Shown here: in pieces, positions 8,877-19,228 of the stretch | Numbering within the stretch: position 1 is the stretch's first letter | Layout: every line of letters begins with the position of its first letter | IMG/VR virus record: IMGVR_UViG_2648501839_000008 | Source: a virus | Lineage: Duplodnaviria > Heunggongvirae > Uroviricota > Caudoviricetes | Reading direction: 5' to 3' (one strand) | DNA length: 64,000 bases | The notes under the pieces: model-generated | Told to the model about the DNA's origin: nothing | Database searches by the model: none | What the model saw: the letters and a program-made list of their open reading frames with translations, nothing else | Translations under genes and position numbers: made by a program

Positions 8877-10499
8877 TTATTCTTTAGGTGAATTTAACTT
8901 CGTTTCAAGCTCCTCAACCCTTTTGGTCAATTGCTGAATATGATGAATGAGTGGTACAACCAAACGCTCATACATCACTCCTTCAGCGACCATACCATTT
9001 GAGGAAATATCTTCTGGAGAATCATTATTTGTTGGTTCACGCCAATGGACATATTGCGGGGCAATCTCACCAACCTCTTCAGCAATAAGGCCGTAATACC
9101 CCCAATCCTTTCGGTCACCTCGACAAATTGAACGATACCAAACAGGTCTTAATGACAAAAGTTCATCAGCATATCGATCTTGTAATGTTTCAATATCCTT
9201 TTTATAGCGCCTTGAAGATGTTGAACGCCAAACTGTATTGATACCTGGGTTTGGATCAATGTACATATTGGCACCGCTAGTAGTTGTGCCAATATCCCAT
9301 ATAGCAAACCCTCCACTACCGCCTGATTTGACAACCAGTGTTTCAGCAATAATATCCAGGTTGCCACTATAGCCTGTCAGTGATGATCTGCTTGCATAGG
9401 AACTTAGAAGGTTTGTTACCTCTGTTTTCGTATAAGCATTAAGGTTAGCCGCAGTCAAAGTAATATCGGCAGAGCCATCAAACGCCACACCAGCAATTTT
9501 CCTTGCTGTCTGCAATTTTGTGGCTGTTGCGGCATTACCAGTAGTATTCTGATTACCGGTTGTATTCACACCAGGGATTGAATCCTTAGCAGTATATACC
9601 TGCGCCCACGCTGACCATGCCGCATCTGTGGTATCTCTTCGTGAGCGAATGAAAACTGGCGCATGTGCACCGCTCGTACCACTCCAGCCAATAAGCAACT
9701 CGCCCTCACCAGCAGCACTCGCACCTTTCATGTGCAATACGTTGCCATACGTGGTCGGGTAGCTATTGTTGTACGCCTCGTACATTTGAATGCCAGCAGT
9801 GCCTTGAGTAGAGCCGCTTAATGCCGTAACTCGGCCACGAGATACCAGTGTATTAATGTTGATATCGCCTGAGCCATCAAACTTAACACCATTGATGTTT
9901 CTCGCTGTTTGCAACTTCGTAGCTGTTGAAGCATTACCGTTCAAACTACCATTTACGCCACCAGTCACATTTAGTCCATTACCAATTGATACCGCACCGC
10001 TGGTATTATTAATTGTAATAGGTCGCAAACCGTTCCATGAACCTAATGTGTCTCCTGATGCTGTTAGCATGAAATATGTGTTCGATCCATCATTACGGAT
10101 AAAGAACCCAAAGCTACCGTAAGCAATGCGGAAACCATTTGCATATTTTGAAATGATCTCGCCAGAAGATGTCAAACCTCCAGATAATGTACCACCGGTA
10201 AGAGGTAATGCACCGACATCAGAGGCTGTTGGTTTGTTTTTCGTGTTATATACTCTTCGCCATCCCGGAGAATAATCTGTGCCATTAAATACATAGATAA
10301 ACTCCGCATTAGTGAGAGCACCAGAGACACTCGTCGTTGTGGCCGTTGTTATACGGATCGTATAATTGTTTGAGCTACTACCGTTATTAAATACCTCTAT
10401 AACAGCTCCTGCCAATGGAATAACGCCACAACCAGTTTCACTATTTGGTATGGTTGCACTATTGGCATAGGCCCACGCACTTTGTGTTAAATGCTCCAT
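8877..10499 (-). CDS. Tail fiber/spike protein with C-terminal intramolecular-chaperone (peptidase S74-like) domain
   Basis: GNASTATKLQTAR tail-fiber repeat motifs; C-terminal ...RRYKKDIETL...GLIAEEV... resembling self-cleaving chaperone domains. Confidence 0.6.
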   Translation of the reverse strand: MEHLTQSAWAYANSATIPNSETGCGVIPLAGAVIEVFNNGSSSNNYTIRITTATTTSVSGALTNAEFIYVFNGTDYSPGWRRVYNTKNKPTASDVGALPLTGGTLSGGLTSSGEIISKYANGFRIAYGSFGFFIRNDGSNTYFMLTASGDTLGSWNGLRPITINNTSGAVSIGNGLNVTGGVNGSLNGNASTATKLQTARNINGVKFDGSGDININTLVSRGRVTALSGSTQGTAGIQMYEAYNNSYPTTYGNVLHMKGASAAGEGELLIGWSGTSGAHAPVFIRSRRDTTDAAWSAWAQVYTAKDSIPGVNTTGNQNTTGNAATATKLQTARKIAGVAFDGSADITLTAANLNAYTKTEVTNLLSSYASRSSLTGYSGNLDIIAETLVVKSGGSGGFAIWDIGTTTSGANMYIDPNPGINTVWRSTSSRRYKKDIETLQDRYADELLSLRPVWYRSICRGDRKDWGYYGLIAEEVGEIAPQYVHWREPTNNDSPEDISSNGMVAEGVMYERLVVPLIHHIQQLTKRVEELETKLNSPKE

Positions 10500-13017
10500 T
10501 ATTTTGCAATAACGTCACTAACTGTGCTGTTGTTATTGCTCCGCCATTACTTCCTGTAGTTAACCAACCAGTAGGAGATGCCGGGCAACCTATATTTGCT
10601 GGCGACAAGGAAATATTTGCCGAGCCGTCAAACGACACCCCATTGATAGTACGCGCAGTCTGCAACTTCGTTGCAGTAGCCGCGTTGCCCGTTGTATTCT
10701 GATTACCAGTCGTATTAACACCTGGCAAATTAATATTCGCAGTACCATCAAAGCTCACGCCGCCGATAGTTCTTGCCGTCTGAAGTTTTGTAGCAGTTGC
10801 AGCATTACCAGTGGTGTTCTGATTACCCGTAGTATTTACACCTGGAAGGTTGATATTTGCAGAACCGTCGAAACCAACTCCACCGATAGATCTTGCCGTC
10901 TGCAATTTCGTTGCTGTACTTGCATTACCATTTAATGTTCCGGTGATCCCACCAGTAACAGACAACGGACCTGAAACTGTTCCTCCGGTTGTTGGCAGTG
11001 CTCCAATATCTAACGGCGTCGGTTTCTGATGTGTGCTATACATCGTATAAACAACACCATCGGTAACGCTGGAAGGCTTACTCGCTGAATATGTTGGCGA
11101 TGTATAAATAGAAACTGTCGCATTTGCAGTACAATCCCAATGGATATTTACACTAGTCGCATAATTGCCAATCTCAACGTAAATATCATATGTATCGCCG
11201 GATGTGTTGATCCAGGCGAAATTCGTTAATCCGACGGCTGTACGCTTCCACAAAGCACCGGTAATCCCTTTGGGGTTTCCATTGCCTGCTCGTAGAACCA
11301 GTTCTGAAATGCCTGCCTGATGTGGGGAGCCGACGTTGTAACCAGCGCCACCAATCAATGCGATGTAAACGATGGAACTCGCTTGTGGCATGGTAACCGT
11401 AGCCAGTTTGAACCACCCAGCCCCGCCAGAGAAAGACATCGTTACTGAATTTAAAGTACCAATATCTTTCGGCGTTAATGTGATATCCGCAGTCAGTGCT
11501 TTACCGTTAACTTTTCGGTTAGATGGCACCCTGCTATTCGCATTGTCATTGGCTGCTTTAACTGCTTTTGGCGTTGCGGCCAGCGATTCACTGGTGCTGT
11601 CGACAGCACTGCTAAGTTTCACAACACCTTTGGTGGTAAGGCTTGCGTCTTCCATCGCAACGGCACCGGCAATCTCTTCAGCACGATCAGCGGCAGCTTC
11701 TGCACGGGTCGCAGCGGATTCAGCAGCAGCTTTGCTCTGAGATGCAGCCGTCGCACTGCCTGCCGCCTCTGTTGCTTTCGTGGATGCCGTTGAAGCACTC
11801 CCCTTCGCAGCTGATGCCTGCTTGGTCGCCTCATCTTTTGAAGCGGATGCCGAGGTGGCTGATGCAGACGCAGAACTTGCAGATTCAGCAGCTGCCTCTT
11901 TAGAGGAAGCGGCATTATCTTCAGAAGCCTTTGCATTTGTTTCAGAGGATTTTGCTGCCGATGCTGAATTTTTAGCGGCTGTAGCCTGATTCGTCGCCTC
12001 AGTCGCTTTTGCGGTAGCTGTTGTCGCTGACGACGACGCGCTTTCCGCAGATTTTCCTGCCGCAGTTGCACTTGATGAAGCACTATCCGCACTTGCTGAG
12101 GCTGCGCTTGCTGACGCTTCTGCCGCAGATTTCGAACTGTTTGCAGACGATGCACTCTGCCCGGCTGCCGTTTCAGATGCTTTTGCGTTTGTCTCTGACG
12201 CTTTTGCTGCCTTAGACGAATTTTCAGCTTCTGTTGCAAATGATGCAGCCGCGTTTGCACTCGATGAAGCGTTAGTCTCTGATGCTTTGGCTGCATCCTT
12301 AGATGCAGAGGCACTGGACGCAGATGTTGCTGCCTCCGATGCTTTGGTCGACGCTACAGACGCTGATTCTGCTGCCGCTAGATATGCTGATTCTGCGTTC
12401 GTTTCAGATTTTTTCGCAGCAGTTGCACTCGCACTTGCGGCACTTTGTGAGGATGCCGCAGCGGATGCACTTTGAGACGCTTGAGAGGCTTTTTCTCCAG
12501 CGGTATTGGCGCTTTCTGCTGCTGCGGCAGCACTGGCCGCCGCCTCACGAGCTTTGTCACCAGCGGCATCAATCGCGTCAGTGTTATTTTTATACCACTC
12601 AACGTTTTCGTTGTGCTCGTTGACGATCTGCATCAGCGGCTTAACGGTCACTTCTGTACCGTCTTCACGCTCGATTGTCACCTCATCCAGAGCAGTCAAC
12701 CAACTACGCATGGACTTGGAATCAGCCGACATACGCGACATTAGCGCGGTAAAGCGCGCGCTAAACTGTGTTAAGTCGCCTTCATAGGTAGTAATGATTC
12801 GGCACGGAACTTCAGACTGAGTTTCACCGGTATAAGGTTCTGAGAGAACAATGTTCGTATCGCTTGTTACGCGCTTGATCTCATACAGCTTATTGTCGGG
12901 GCCAATGACGATCATCCCCGGCAACACACCATTAGCTGTTACGTTCCAGGCTGTCCCAACCCCAACCAGAGTATTACTACCCTGTGTAAATGTGATAGTA
13001 CCTTCCCTGTACCACAT
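10459..13017 (-). CDS. Side tail fiber protein (852 aa)
   Basis: Conserved tail-fiber N-terminal region, long Ala/Ser-rich repetitive shaft, repeated GNASTATKLQTAR...FDGSANI motifs. Confidence 0.7.
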   Translation of the reverse strand: MWYREGTITFTQGSNTLVGVGTAWNVTANGVLPGMIVIGPDNKLYEIKRVTSDTNIVLSEPYTGETQSEVPCRIITTYEGDLTQFSARFTALMSRMSADSKSMRSWLTALDEVTIEREDGTEVTVKPLMQIVNEHNENVEWYKNNTDAIDAAGDKAREAAASAAAAAESANTAGEKASQASQSASAAASSQSAASASATAAKKSETNAESAYLAAAESASVASTKASEAATSASSASASKDAAKASETNASSSANAAASFATEAENSSKAAKASETNAKASETAAGQSASSANSSKSAAEASASAASASADSASSSATAAGKSAESASSSATTATAKATEATNQATAAKNSASAAKSSETNAKASEDNAASSKEAAAESASSASASATSASASKDEATKQASAAKGSASTASTKATEAAGSATAASQSKAAAESAATRAEAAADRAEEIAGAVAMEDASLTTKGVVKLSSAVDSTSESLAATPKAVKAANDNANSRVPSNRKVNGKALTADITLTPKDIGTLNSVTMSFSGGAGWFKLATVTMPQASSIVYIALIGGAGYNVGSPHQAGISELVLRAGNGNPKGITGALWKRTAVGLTNFAWINTSGDTYDIYVEIGNYATSVNIHWDCTANATVSIYTSPTYSASKPSSVTDGVVYTMYSTHQKPTPLDIGALPTTGGTVSGPLSVTGGITGTLNGNASTATKLQTARSIGGVGFDGSANINLPGVNTTGNQNTTGNAATATKLQTARTIGGVSFDGTANINLPGVNTTGNQNTTGNAATATKLQTARTINGVSFDGSANISLSPANIGCPASPTGWLTTGSNGGAITTAQLVTLLQNNGAFNTKCVGLCQ

Positions 13018-13061
13018 GTTGAATATGCTCCTTGATTTGGTGGGCTATCCTTGCCCACCAT

Positions 13062-13080
13062 TAAGTAAGTACATACTTAT
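13062..13080 (-). promoter_or_regulatory. Class-B palindromic site
   Basis: taagtaagtacatacttat between the J-like gene and the tail fiber gene. Confidence 0.45.
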
Positions 13081-13110
13081 TTTTACCGATATAAATATTT
13101 TTTTCTACCA

Positions 13111-16100
13111 TCACAGAAGGCCAATTCTTACTCGTAAGACGTTGTTATCGTCATAAACGTCAATCCGCTGACCATTTATAACCAATCGCCCATTGCCGCC
13201 GCTATTACCGTTGATCTCAAGCGTTCCATTTTTGCCGAACCGCCATCCAGATCTACCGCTAACAAAATTGGTAGATTGCAGATCGCCTACTTTTGCATTG
13301 GTGATTGTGCCATCCTTGATATACGCACCATTCATATAGGCGATACTGTTTTCGATAACAAATGGCGTGGTGATCTTCCCGTTAACAGAGTTGACCAAAC
13401 CAAATCTGTCCGCCTGCACCAAAAACTGAGAAAGACCGGTGGTGTCGATACCAAGCGCAATACCGGCAACATACTTCTGCCCTCCGCTCGTTGAAGTCTC
13501 CATTTTCAACGTCCACGCGGTTGAGACTTTTTTGTTGGTATCAGCAATGGCTGTTGCCTGCTGTTGAATTGTCGCGGTATTTCCATCCACCTCTGCTTTC
13601 AGAGTATCGATTCGCCCACTTAGAGCATTATCTGCCTGCGTTCTCGCTGTCGTTTCAGTTGTGACCGCCGCAGAAATGTTGGCTGCTGTTTGAGACTCTA
13701 AGTTTGTGATTTGAGTCGCCAATGCCGCATCTTGCTCTGTACGCGTTTTCGTTTCGGTTGCTACAGCCGCTTTAATATCCTCTTTGTATTGAGAGGTCAG
13801 CTTGGTGATCTGAGATGACAACGCCGAGTCAGCATCAGTTCGAGCCTGCGTTTCCACTGCAACGGCCGCACTAATATCTTTCGCAGTCTGTGCTTTTAAA
13901 CTTGAAACCTCTTTTGTTAAAGCGGTATCGCCATCTGCACGAGCCGTTGTTTCTTTGGCAAGAGACGCCTCGAGATCATTAGCTTTTGCTGTAAGAGATG
14001 TAATCTGGCTGGACAATGCACTATCGGCGTCAGTCCTTGCCTTTGTCTCTACAGCAACGGCTGCGACAATGTCAGTTCCGGTCTGCGCCCGCAGGCTGTT
14101 AATTTCTCGTGAGAGCGCCTCGTCAGCACTTGCTCTAGCCTCCTGCTCCTGAGTGATGGCGGCGGATATATCACCGTCAACCTTTGCTTGAAGCTGGTTT
14201 ATTTGTTTAGCTAACGCAGAGTCTCCGCTCGCACGCGCCTCCTGCTCACTGCGTATTGCAGCAGAAATATCATCATCAACTTTTGCCTGAAGTTGGGTGA
14301 TCTGGCTTGCCAGAGCCGAATCTTCCGTTGCTCGGGCTTCTTGCTCTTCCTTAATGGCTGCGACAATATCGTTGCTTACTTTCGACTCAAGCTGAGTTAT
14401 TTGTTTCGTCAAAGCTTCATCGGCAGATGTACGAGCCTCCTGTTCTGTACTAATCGCCGCGCTGATATCTCCTTCAAACTTAGATTGCAGCTGAGTGACA
14501 CGCTTTGCCAACGCTTCATCGCCATCGGCACGAGCGGTGGACTCTTCCAGAATACTGGCCTTAATGTCTTCGCCAATTTCTACGCGAATTTCCTCAACCT
14601 TCGTGGCCATTGCAGACATATCATCAGCAAAGGTTTTCTGTGTTGTTGCGATCTTCGCGTTATTGACCATCTGCTTGTGCTGGTCTTCATCTTGACGAAG
14701 AGCCAGGTCAATATTTGTTTTAGCTAACGCCTCAATGTTCGTAGTCAGTTCTGCACTGGCACGATCGACCTCTGCAACCGTCTTTTTCATTTCTTCAACG
14801 GCTGCGGAACTTTCCTCTACCGTCGACTGCAACACTTCCAGTTGTTTAGCGTTTGCGGCATCACCTTCAACACGAGCCTCGCTTTCCTTAGCAATAAGAG
14901 CCGCCGCTTCGTCTCTTGCAGCCTTTATTGCCTCGACTGTATTAGCGAGAGCTTTATCGTGTTCAGATACGGTGTTTTCGATTTCAACAATTGCAGCATC
15001 AGTAGCATCAATTTTTTCAAACGCTTCATTGACCTTGTCGATCGTTGCCGAAACCTCACCTTTAAGCTCGGTTTGTGCGTTCTCCAAAGCATCGCTACGC
15101 TCGTTGAATTTTATTTCAAAACCCGCGAGGTTATCGCTGAACTGCTTATCTAATTCAGCTATATCTTCCTTAACGTCGTTTACCGCCCCCTCCAAAGATT
15201 CGACGCTCTGGTTGATATGCTCATTTAACTCGTCAACTGCTTCTTGAGAGGCTTTGCTGTTGATGTCCTCAAGCAGAGCCTGACCAAGCTCGGAAGATGT
15301 AATTTTGCCAGCCAGGAACGACAGTACATCGCGAGTTGTCGCCTCTGTACCCAAGTTTGAGTTCGGAGGGCTTAACATACCTCGCTTGTTCGATGCTCGA
15401 ACCCAGTAATACCACGTTTCGCTATCCCCAAGACCAGCATGTGTAAAGGTGGTGCTTGCAGACTCTGCGATCAGTTTCGCCGTATCCAGATTGTTGGTCT
15501 GGGATGCGTAAACATTAATGTGATCAAGGTCTACCGAATCTGGATTAACCCAATTCAGTATCACATTACGATAGTCTCCAACGGCCGTTAATGACGTTGG
15601 TGCATCCGGCGGTGTCATTGTGCCCAGCACCTGATAAACGGTACTGATAATTTCTGTTTTTTTACCGTTGAATGAAACCGCATACAGTTGGAAGTCGTAG
15701 CGTCCATTCTCCGCGACATTAACGATTTCGTATTGCTCTTCGGTTACACGCGCCGATTGCCAGTTCGATACATTGTTTTCATCAGAACGTCGCCAACTGA
15801 TCCAATACTCTGGAGATTTCCCTTCCCATGTTGCAGTCAGTTTTACTGACAGGTTGCCCGGGCTTGAGAGGTAAGTCCCTTCAGTGATTTGCAAATTAGA
15901 CGGCTTGGAGTAAGTCGGGTCCAATACCGTCGTATTCTGCGGGATAAGCGTTGCACCATTGTCGATCGCCTCATATTTAGACGGATTGTTTTCAACAGCG
16001 GTGATGTCAAAGCTACCCGACGTTTCCCCCTGAGCGATGTTAACGATGCGAACGCGCATAGGTTCGAGATCTGGTTCTGTAATTGTCCAGACACCGTTCA

Positions 16101-17835
16101 AAACAGGCGTTTCCGCTGACGACAGAGCTTTTGAAAACGTAACCTTTGTTATGTTTTCGCCAGTTTCAAGAACATCGCGCTCAACGATTTTGCCTTCCTG
16201 ATTCAATATCCGAATAAAGCTGCCGCTTTTAGCTAACGACACAGGCGCATCGAGAGTGATGCTGTTTTTGGTAAACTCCACAATTCGACCGGAGTTACGT
16301 TTACCTGCACGATATTTGTTCTGAATCAGAACGGTTTCACCGGGCATCAGAAATGAGGCGTCTAAGCCGGCAGTAAATGTAATTACATCCGACTCCATTC
16401 TGGCGGTATACAAAAGCCACAAACCAACTCGGTGAGCCTGGCCTCGGCTTGTACATCCAAATGCTACGACTTCTGTTTTACGCTCACCATAACGGCGCAT
16501 TGCGTCCTGATCTTCAACGTACTCGATGTTTTGCTTATAACCGTCCTCCTTGTTGTTGTAGGTTACGAGCGCAACGGATGGGCGATCTTTACGCGCAGAA
16601 CCTTTATAGGTAAACAGTCCATCTTTGACGTTGGAGTTGGTAAACATCATTACTGGATCTGATGGGCTATCCTGCATGATGTTAACCATGCCACCAGCCC
16701 AAAACACCATGCCGCGGAATGCACCGGCAATATCCTGAATTAATCGGTATGCGTCTTGTCGACTGGTGATCTGCGTATTGATTGCAAAGCGTTTCTCTTT
16801 ACCCCCAAAGCCATCATCGACCTCTTCGTCACAATATCGACCAATCTGGTAGAGCTGGCCGAGGTCAATCATGGATTCCGACACAAATTGCCCAAGACCA
16901 TACCGAGTATTGGTAAGCAAATCGTAGAGAATCCACGCAGGGTTTGAAGAAGACAACAGCTTAAAAGTACCGTCCCATACGCCGACATAAGTATTGGTGT
17001 ATTCGTTGTAGTTTGACGGCACTCGAATTTTGATACCGCGCACCAAATACGAACGGGAAGGCATTGTGCTACCAAACTGCTCTGAATTGACCTTTAAGCC
17101 AACAAGTGCAGAGTTAGGGTAGTTCATGGGGGTATCTACAATCTCACCGATGGAATCAACCCAAGTATCGTTGTAGAGGTACTGGCTACTGTTATCATCC
17201 GTAAGACGAATCACCCGAACCTTGTATGCACGGCCAGGTTTAGGCAGTTTCAGCTCATAGCTACGGTAATACACGCCGGTTTTCTTTGCCGTTAGCGTGA
17301 TATCAACGCTTTTCTCACCTTCTGCCACTACATCAGAAAATGTTGCGTCTCCGTTGGCGATCTGGAATTTGTACTTCACCGTAGTGCCATTTGTATCGCC
17401 AGAGCTTTTATCAACGCTACGTAAAGAGGGGAATTTCATGATGACACGAACGCGATCAGCTTCATCGTTATCGATTGAAACCGTAACGTCGTGTGTTTTT
17501 TTAAGCTGAATATTTACGGACTTAGGCGTTTCGACAAAATCAAAACCAGCCATTGGCGTCTGGTCTTGTGAGCCGTCACGAAAATCCCATGTAATACCGC
17601 TGAAGTTGGAAGAGCCATCTTCATTCAAGATCGGTAAATCGTCGATGAAGATCGACTTTGCGCCATTTACCAGGCCACCGATAACCCCCTCGCCAAGAAG
17701 GTCGAGGATGGCTGCCATAGCACGAGAATTTACAGTATCATCAGCTTCAACCGGGGTACGGCTGGAGCTTTTACTTTTCTTGCCACCAGCACCGGCAATA
17801 AGAAGCGGTAATTTTTTCTTCTTGAACTGTTCCAT
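13111..17835 (-). CDS. Tail tip / central fiber protein, lambda J-like (host specificity protein)
   Basis: N-terminal about 800 aa align motif-by-motif with lambda gpJ (e.g. ...NYPNSALVGLKVNSEQFGS..., ...AFGCTSRGQAHRVGLWLL...); C-terminal GQKYVAGIALGIDTTGLSQFLV matches the J fiber region; probable ATG at 17835. Confidence 0.85.
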   Translation of the reverse strand: MEQFKKKKLPLLIAGAGGKKSKSSSRTPVEADDTVNSRAMAAILDLLGEGVIGGLVNGAKSIFIDDLPILNEDGSSNFSGITWDFRDGSQDQTPMAGFDFVETPKSVNIQLKKTHDVTVSIDNDEADRVRVIMKFPSLRSVDKSSGDTNGTTVKYKFQIANGDATFSDVVAEGEKSVDITLTAKKTGVYYRSYELKLPKPGRAYKVRVIRLTDDNSSQYLYNDTWVDSIGEIVDTPMNYPNSALVGLKVNSEQFGSTMPSRSYLVRGIKIRVPSNYNEYTNTYVGVWDGTFKLLSSSNPAWILYDLLTNTRYGLGQFVSESMIDLGQLYQIGRYCDEEVDDGFGGKEKRFAINTQITSRQDAYRLIQDIAGAFRGMVFWAGGMVNIMQDSPSDPVMMFTNSNVKDGLFTYKGSARKDRPSVALVTYNNKEDGYKQNIEYVEDQDAMRRYGERKTEVVAFGCTSRGQAHRVGLWLLYTARMESDVITFTAGLDASFLMPGETVLIQNKYRAGKRNSGRIVEFTKNSITLDAPVSLAKSGSFIRILNQEGKIVERDVLETGENITKVTFSKALSSAETPVLNGVWTITEPDLEPMRVRIVNIAQGETSGSFDITAVENNPSKYEAIDNGATLIPQNTTVLDPTYSKPSNLQITEGTYLSSPGNLSVKLTATWEGKSPEYWISWRRSDENNVSNWQSARVTEEQYEIVNVAENGRYDFQLYAVSFNGKKTEIISTVYQVLGTMTPPDAPTSLTAVGDYRNVILNWVNPDSVDLDHINVYASQTNNLDTAKLIAESASTTFTHAGLGDSETWYYWVRASNKRGMLSPPNSNLGTEATTRDVLSFLAGKITSSELGQALLEDINSKASQEAVDELNEHINQSVESLEGAVNDVKEDIAELDKQFSDNLAGFEIKFNERSDALENAQTELKGEVSATIDKVNEAFEKIDATDAAIVEIENTVSEHDKALANTVEAIKAARDEAAALIAKESEARVEGDAANAKQLEVLQSTVEESSAAVEEMKKTVAEVDRASAELTTNIEALAKTNIDLALRQDEDQHKQMVNNAKIATTQKTFADDMSAMATKVEEIRVEIGEDIKASILEESTARADGDEALAKRVTQLQSKFEGDISAAISTEQEARTSADEALTKQITQLESKVSNDIVAAIKEEQEARATEDSALASQITQLQAKVDDDISAAIRSEQEARASGDSALAKQINQLQAKVDGDISAAITQEQEARASADEALSREINSLRAQTGTDIVAAVAVETKARTDADSALSSQITSLTAKANDLEASLAKETTARADGDTALTKEVSSLKAQTAKDISAAVAVETQARTDADSALSSQITKLTSQYKEDIKAAVATETKTRTEQDAALATQITNLESQTAANISAAVTTETTARTQADNALSGRIDTLKAEVDGNTATIQQQATAIADTNKKVSTAWTLKMETSTSGGQKYVAGIALGIDTTGLSQFLVQADRFGLVNSVNGKITTPFVIENSIAYMNGAYIKDGTITNAKVGDLQSTNFVSGRSGWRFGKNGTLEINGNSGGNGRLVINGQRIDVYDDNNVLRVRIGLL
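13850..14850 (-). repeat. Tandem coding repeats (~84 bp, ~28-aa units) inside the J-like gene
   Basis: About 12 units of the form EQEARASADEALTKQITQLQAKVDGDISAAI...; coordinates approximate. Confidence 0.6.
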
Positions 17836-17852
17836 GTCCAAAAAATCCTTGA

Positions 17853-18443
17853 TTACATAAGCTGGTCGATGGTGATAGAAGAACTCACGACCTGTGAGCC
17901 AACTAAAATTTCCTCACCATAGATAAGCTGTACAGGGTTCCCCTGGTTTGTTGTGTTTTGAGGTCCATCGAAGTAATAAGAGTTCGAGTTATCCGCCTGC
18001 CTCACACTTTCGTTAGTGGCTTGCGGAGATATGATTTGCGCTATACCACCCATCATCAGTGACAAACCGAGAGGCGCAAGAGCGGGCACCCATATCGAGG
18101 CAACCATTAATACTGCTCCAACAACCGTCTGAAACCACCCAAAAGCAGATCCACCACTTCCTCGCGGAACAGGGGTAATGCGGATTTTGGCAATGTTGTC
18201 AGACTGCCCCATCATCTGATATTCACTCTCGTCCACAGACCACTTGTGGCCCTGTTTATTGGTGATCTGGATGTGGTATCTGTCATAGGTTTTGATGTTG
18301 CGCTTCATCCATGCTTTAAACCCAGGCTTGTTGGCCTCAATTAAATCCAGAGCCTGTTTTGTATTGCGCACCTTTAAATGCCAGTGGCGGCCAAAATGTT
18401 TGGCCATAGGGCCGCCAAGCTGCACATGAACTAACTCAGACAC
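17853..18443 (-). CDS. Tail assembly protein I-like
   Basis: Position after K and before J; hydrophobic C-terminal half like lambda gpI. Confidence 0.65.
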   Translation of the reverse strand: MSELVHVQLGGPMAKHFGRHWHLKVRNTKQALDLIEANKPGFKAWMKRNIKTYDRYHIQITNKQGHKWSVDESEYQMMGQSDNIAKIRITPVPRGSGGSAFGWFQTVVGAVLMVASIWVPALAPLGLSLMMGGIAQIISPQATNESVRQADNSNSYYFDGPQNTTNQGNPVQLIYGEEILVGSQVVSSSITIDQLM

Positions 18444-19228
18444 GTCTCATCTCCCTTGAGCAAGTCTCTGTGACGCAAGTGATGCGTCGTATGTTTCTGA
18501 TACATTCCGCCGTAATAAGCACGACAACTAAGGCGGTCGATCTGGTGATGAAGAATCATTCCATCGCCGATATAAACCGCGCAGTGGTCAGGCATTTTCC
18601 CGTATTGGATAAAGAAGATGTCCCCACGTTGAGGCTCTGTTCCGGGCGCAAGCCGTACCAATCCTTCGTTTCGGTAGTTCTGGTCGAGAATGTCGTTATC
18701 GCCGGTGTACCACGATGGAATATGCAGGTGTGCGTTCGGGTTTAGTTCGACGTTAAACTCACGCTTCAAATAGTCCCGACACAACATCCAGCAATCGAAT
18801 ACGCCAAATACATACGGTCTGCCCAGGTATGGCATTTCGAAACCATCAGGTGTGATCACATTCATCTCGCTAAAATGGAAAGGGGCATCTCCCTCAACAT
18901 TCTTGCGAATAGCCAGAATCATCCACGGAACTTCCGTCGCTTCGCAGCCTGCACGATCGGCATCAGATGCTTCTGCTGATTCATCAGTATGTGAATGCCA
19001 GATTGCGATAACATCACCCGCATCCTCTGCCGCCATAATGTCGTCAACGTGCATTACAAAAGTGTTCTGCGGGTTCTCCGAAACATTCCGCGCTTCCATA
19101 AAGCGATATTTGTCGCCATTAGTTCTAACCAGAAAGCCACACGCTTCATTAGGGTAGCGATTTATGGCGCAGAGATAGATTTGCTGCATAACGTCAGAGC
19201 CAAGCTCAGGGATTGCTTTATTACCCAT
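18431..19228 (-). CDS. Tail assembly protein K-like (MPN/JAB plus NlpC/P60 domains)
   Basis: Lambda gpK-like architecture and position; probable ATG at 19228 (track start is TTG). Confidence 0.7.
   Translation of the reverse strand: MGNKAIPELGSDVMQQIYLCAINRYPNEACGFLVRTNGDKYRFMEARNVSENPQNTFVMHVDDIMAAEDAGDVIAIWHSHTDESAEASDADRAGCEATEVPWMILAIRKNVEGDAPFHFSEMNVITPDGFEMPYLGRPYVFGVFDCWMLCRDYLKREFNVELNPNAHLHIPSWYTGDNDILDQNYRNEGLVRLAPGTEPQRGDIFFIQYGKMPDHCAVYIGDGMILHHQIDRLSCRAYYGGMYQKHTTHHLRHRDLLKGDETCLS

Noticed and set aside
11186-12744. Several ORFs on both strands inside the tail fiber gene (e.g. 11619-12314 minus, 11372-11740 plus, 12303-12623 plus)
   Set aside because: They fall in the Ala/Ser-rich repetitive shaft region, have extreme low-complexity composition and lie within or antisense to a well-supported long gene
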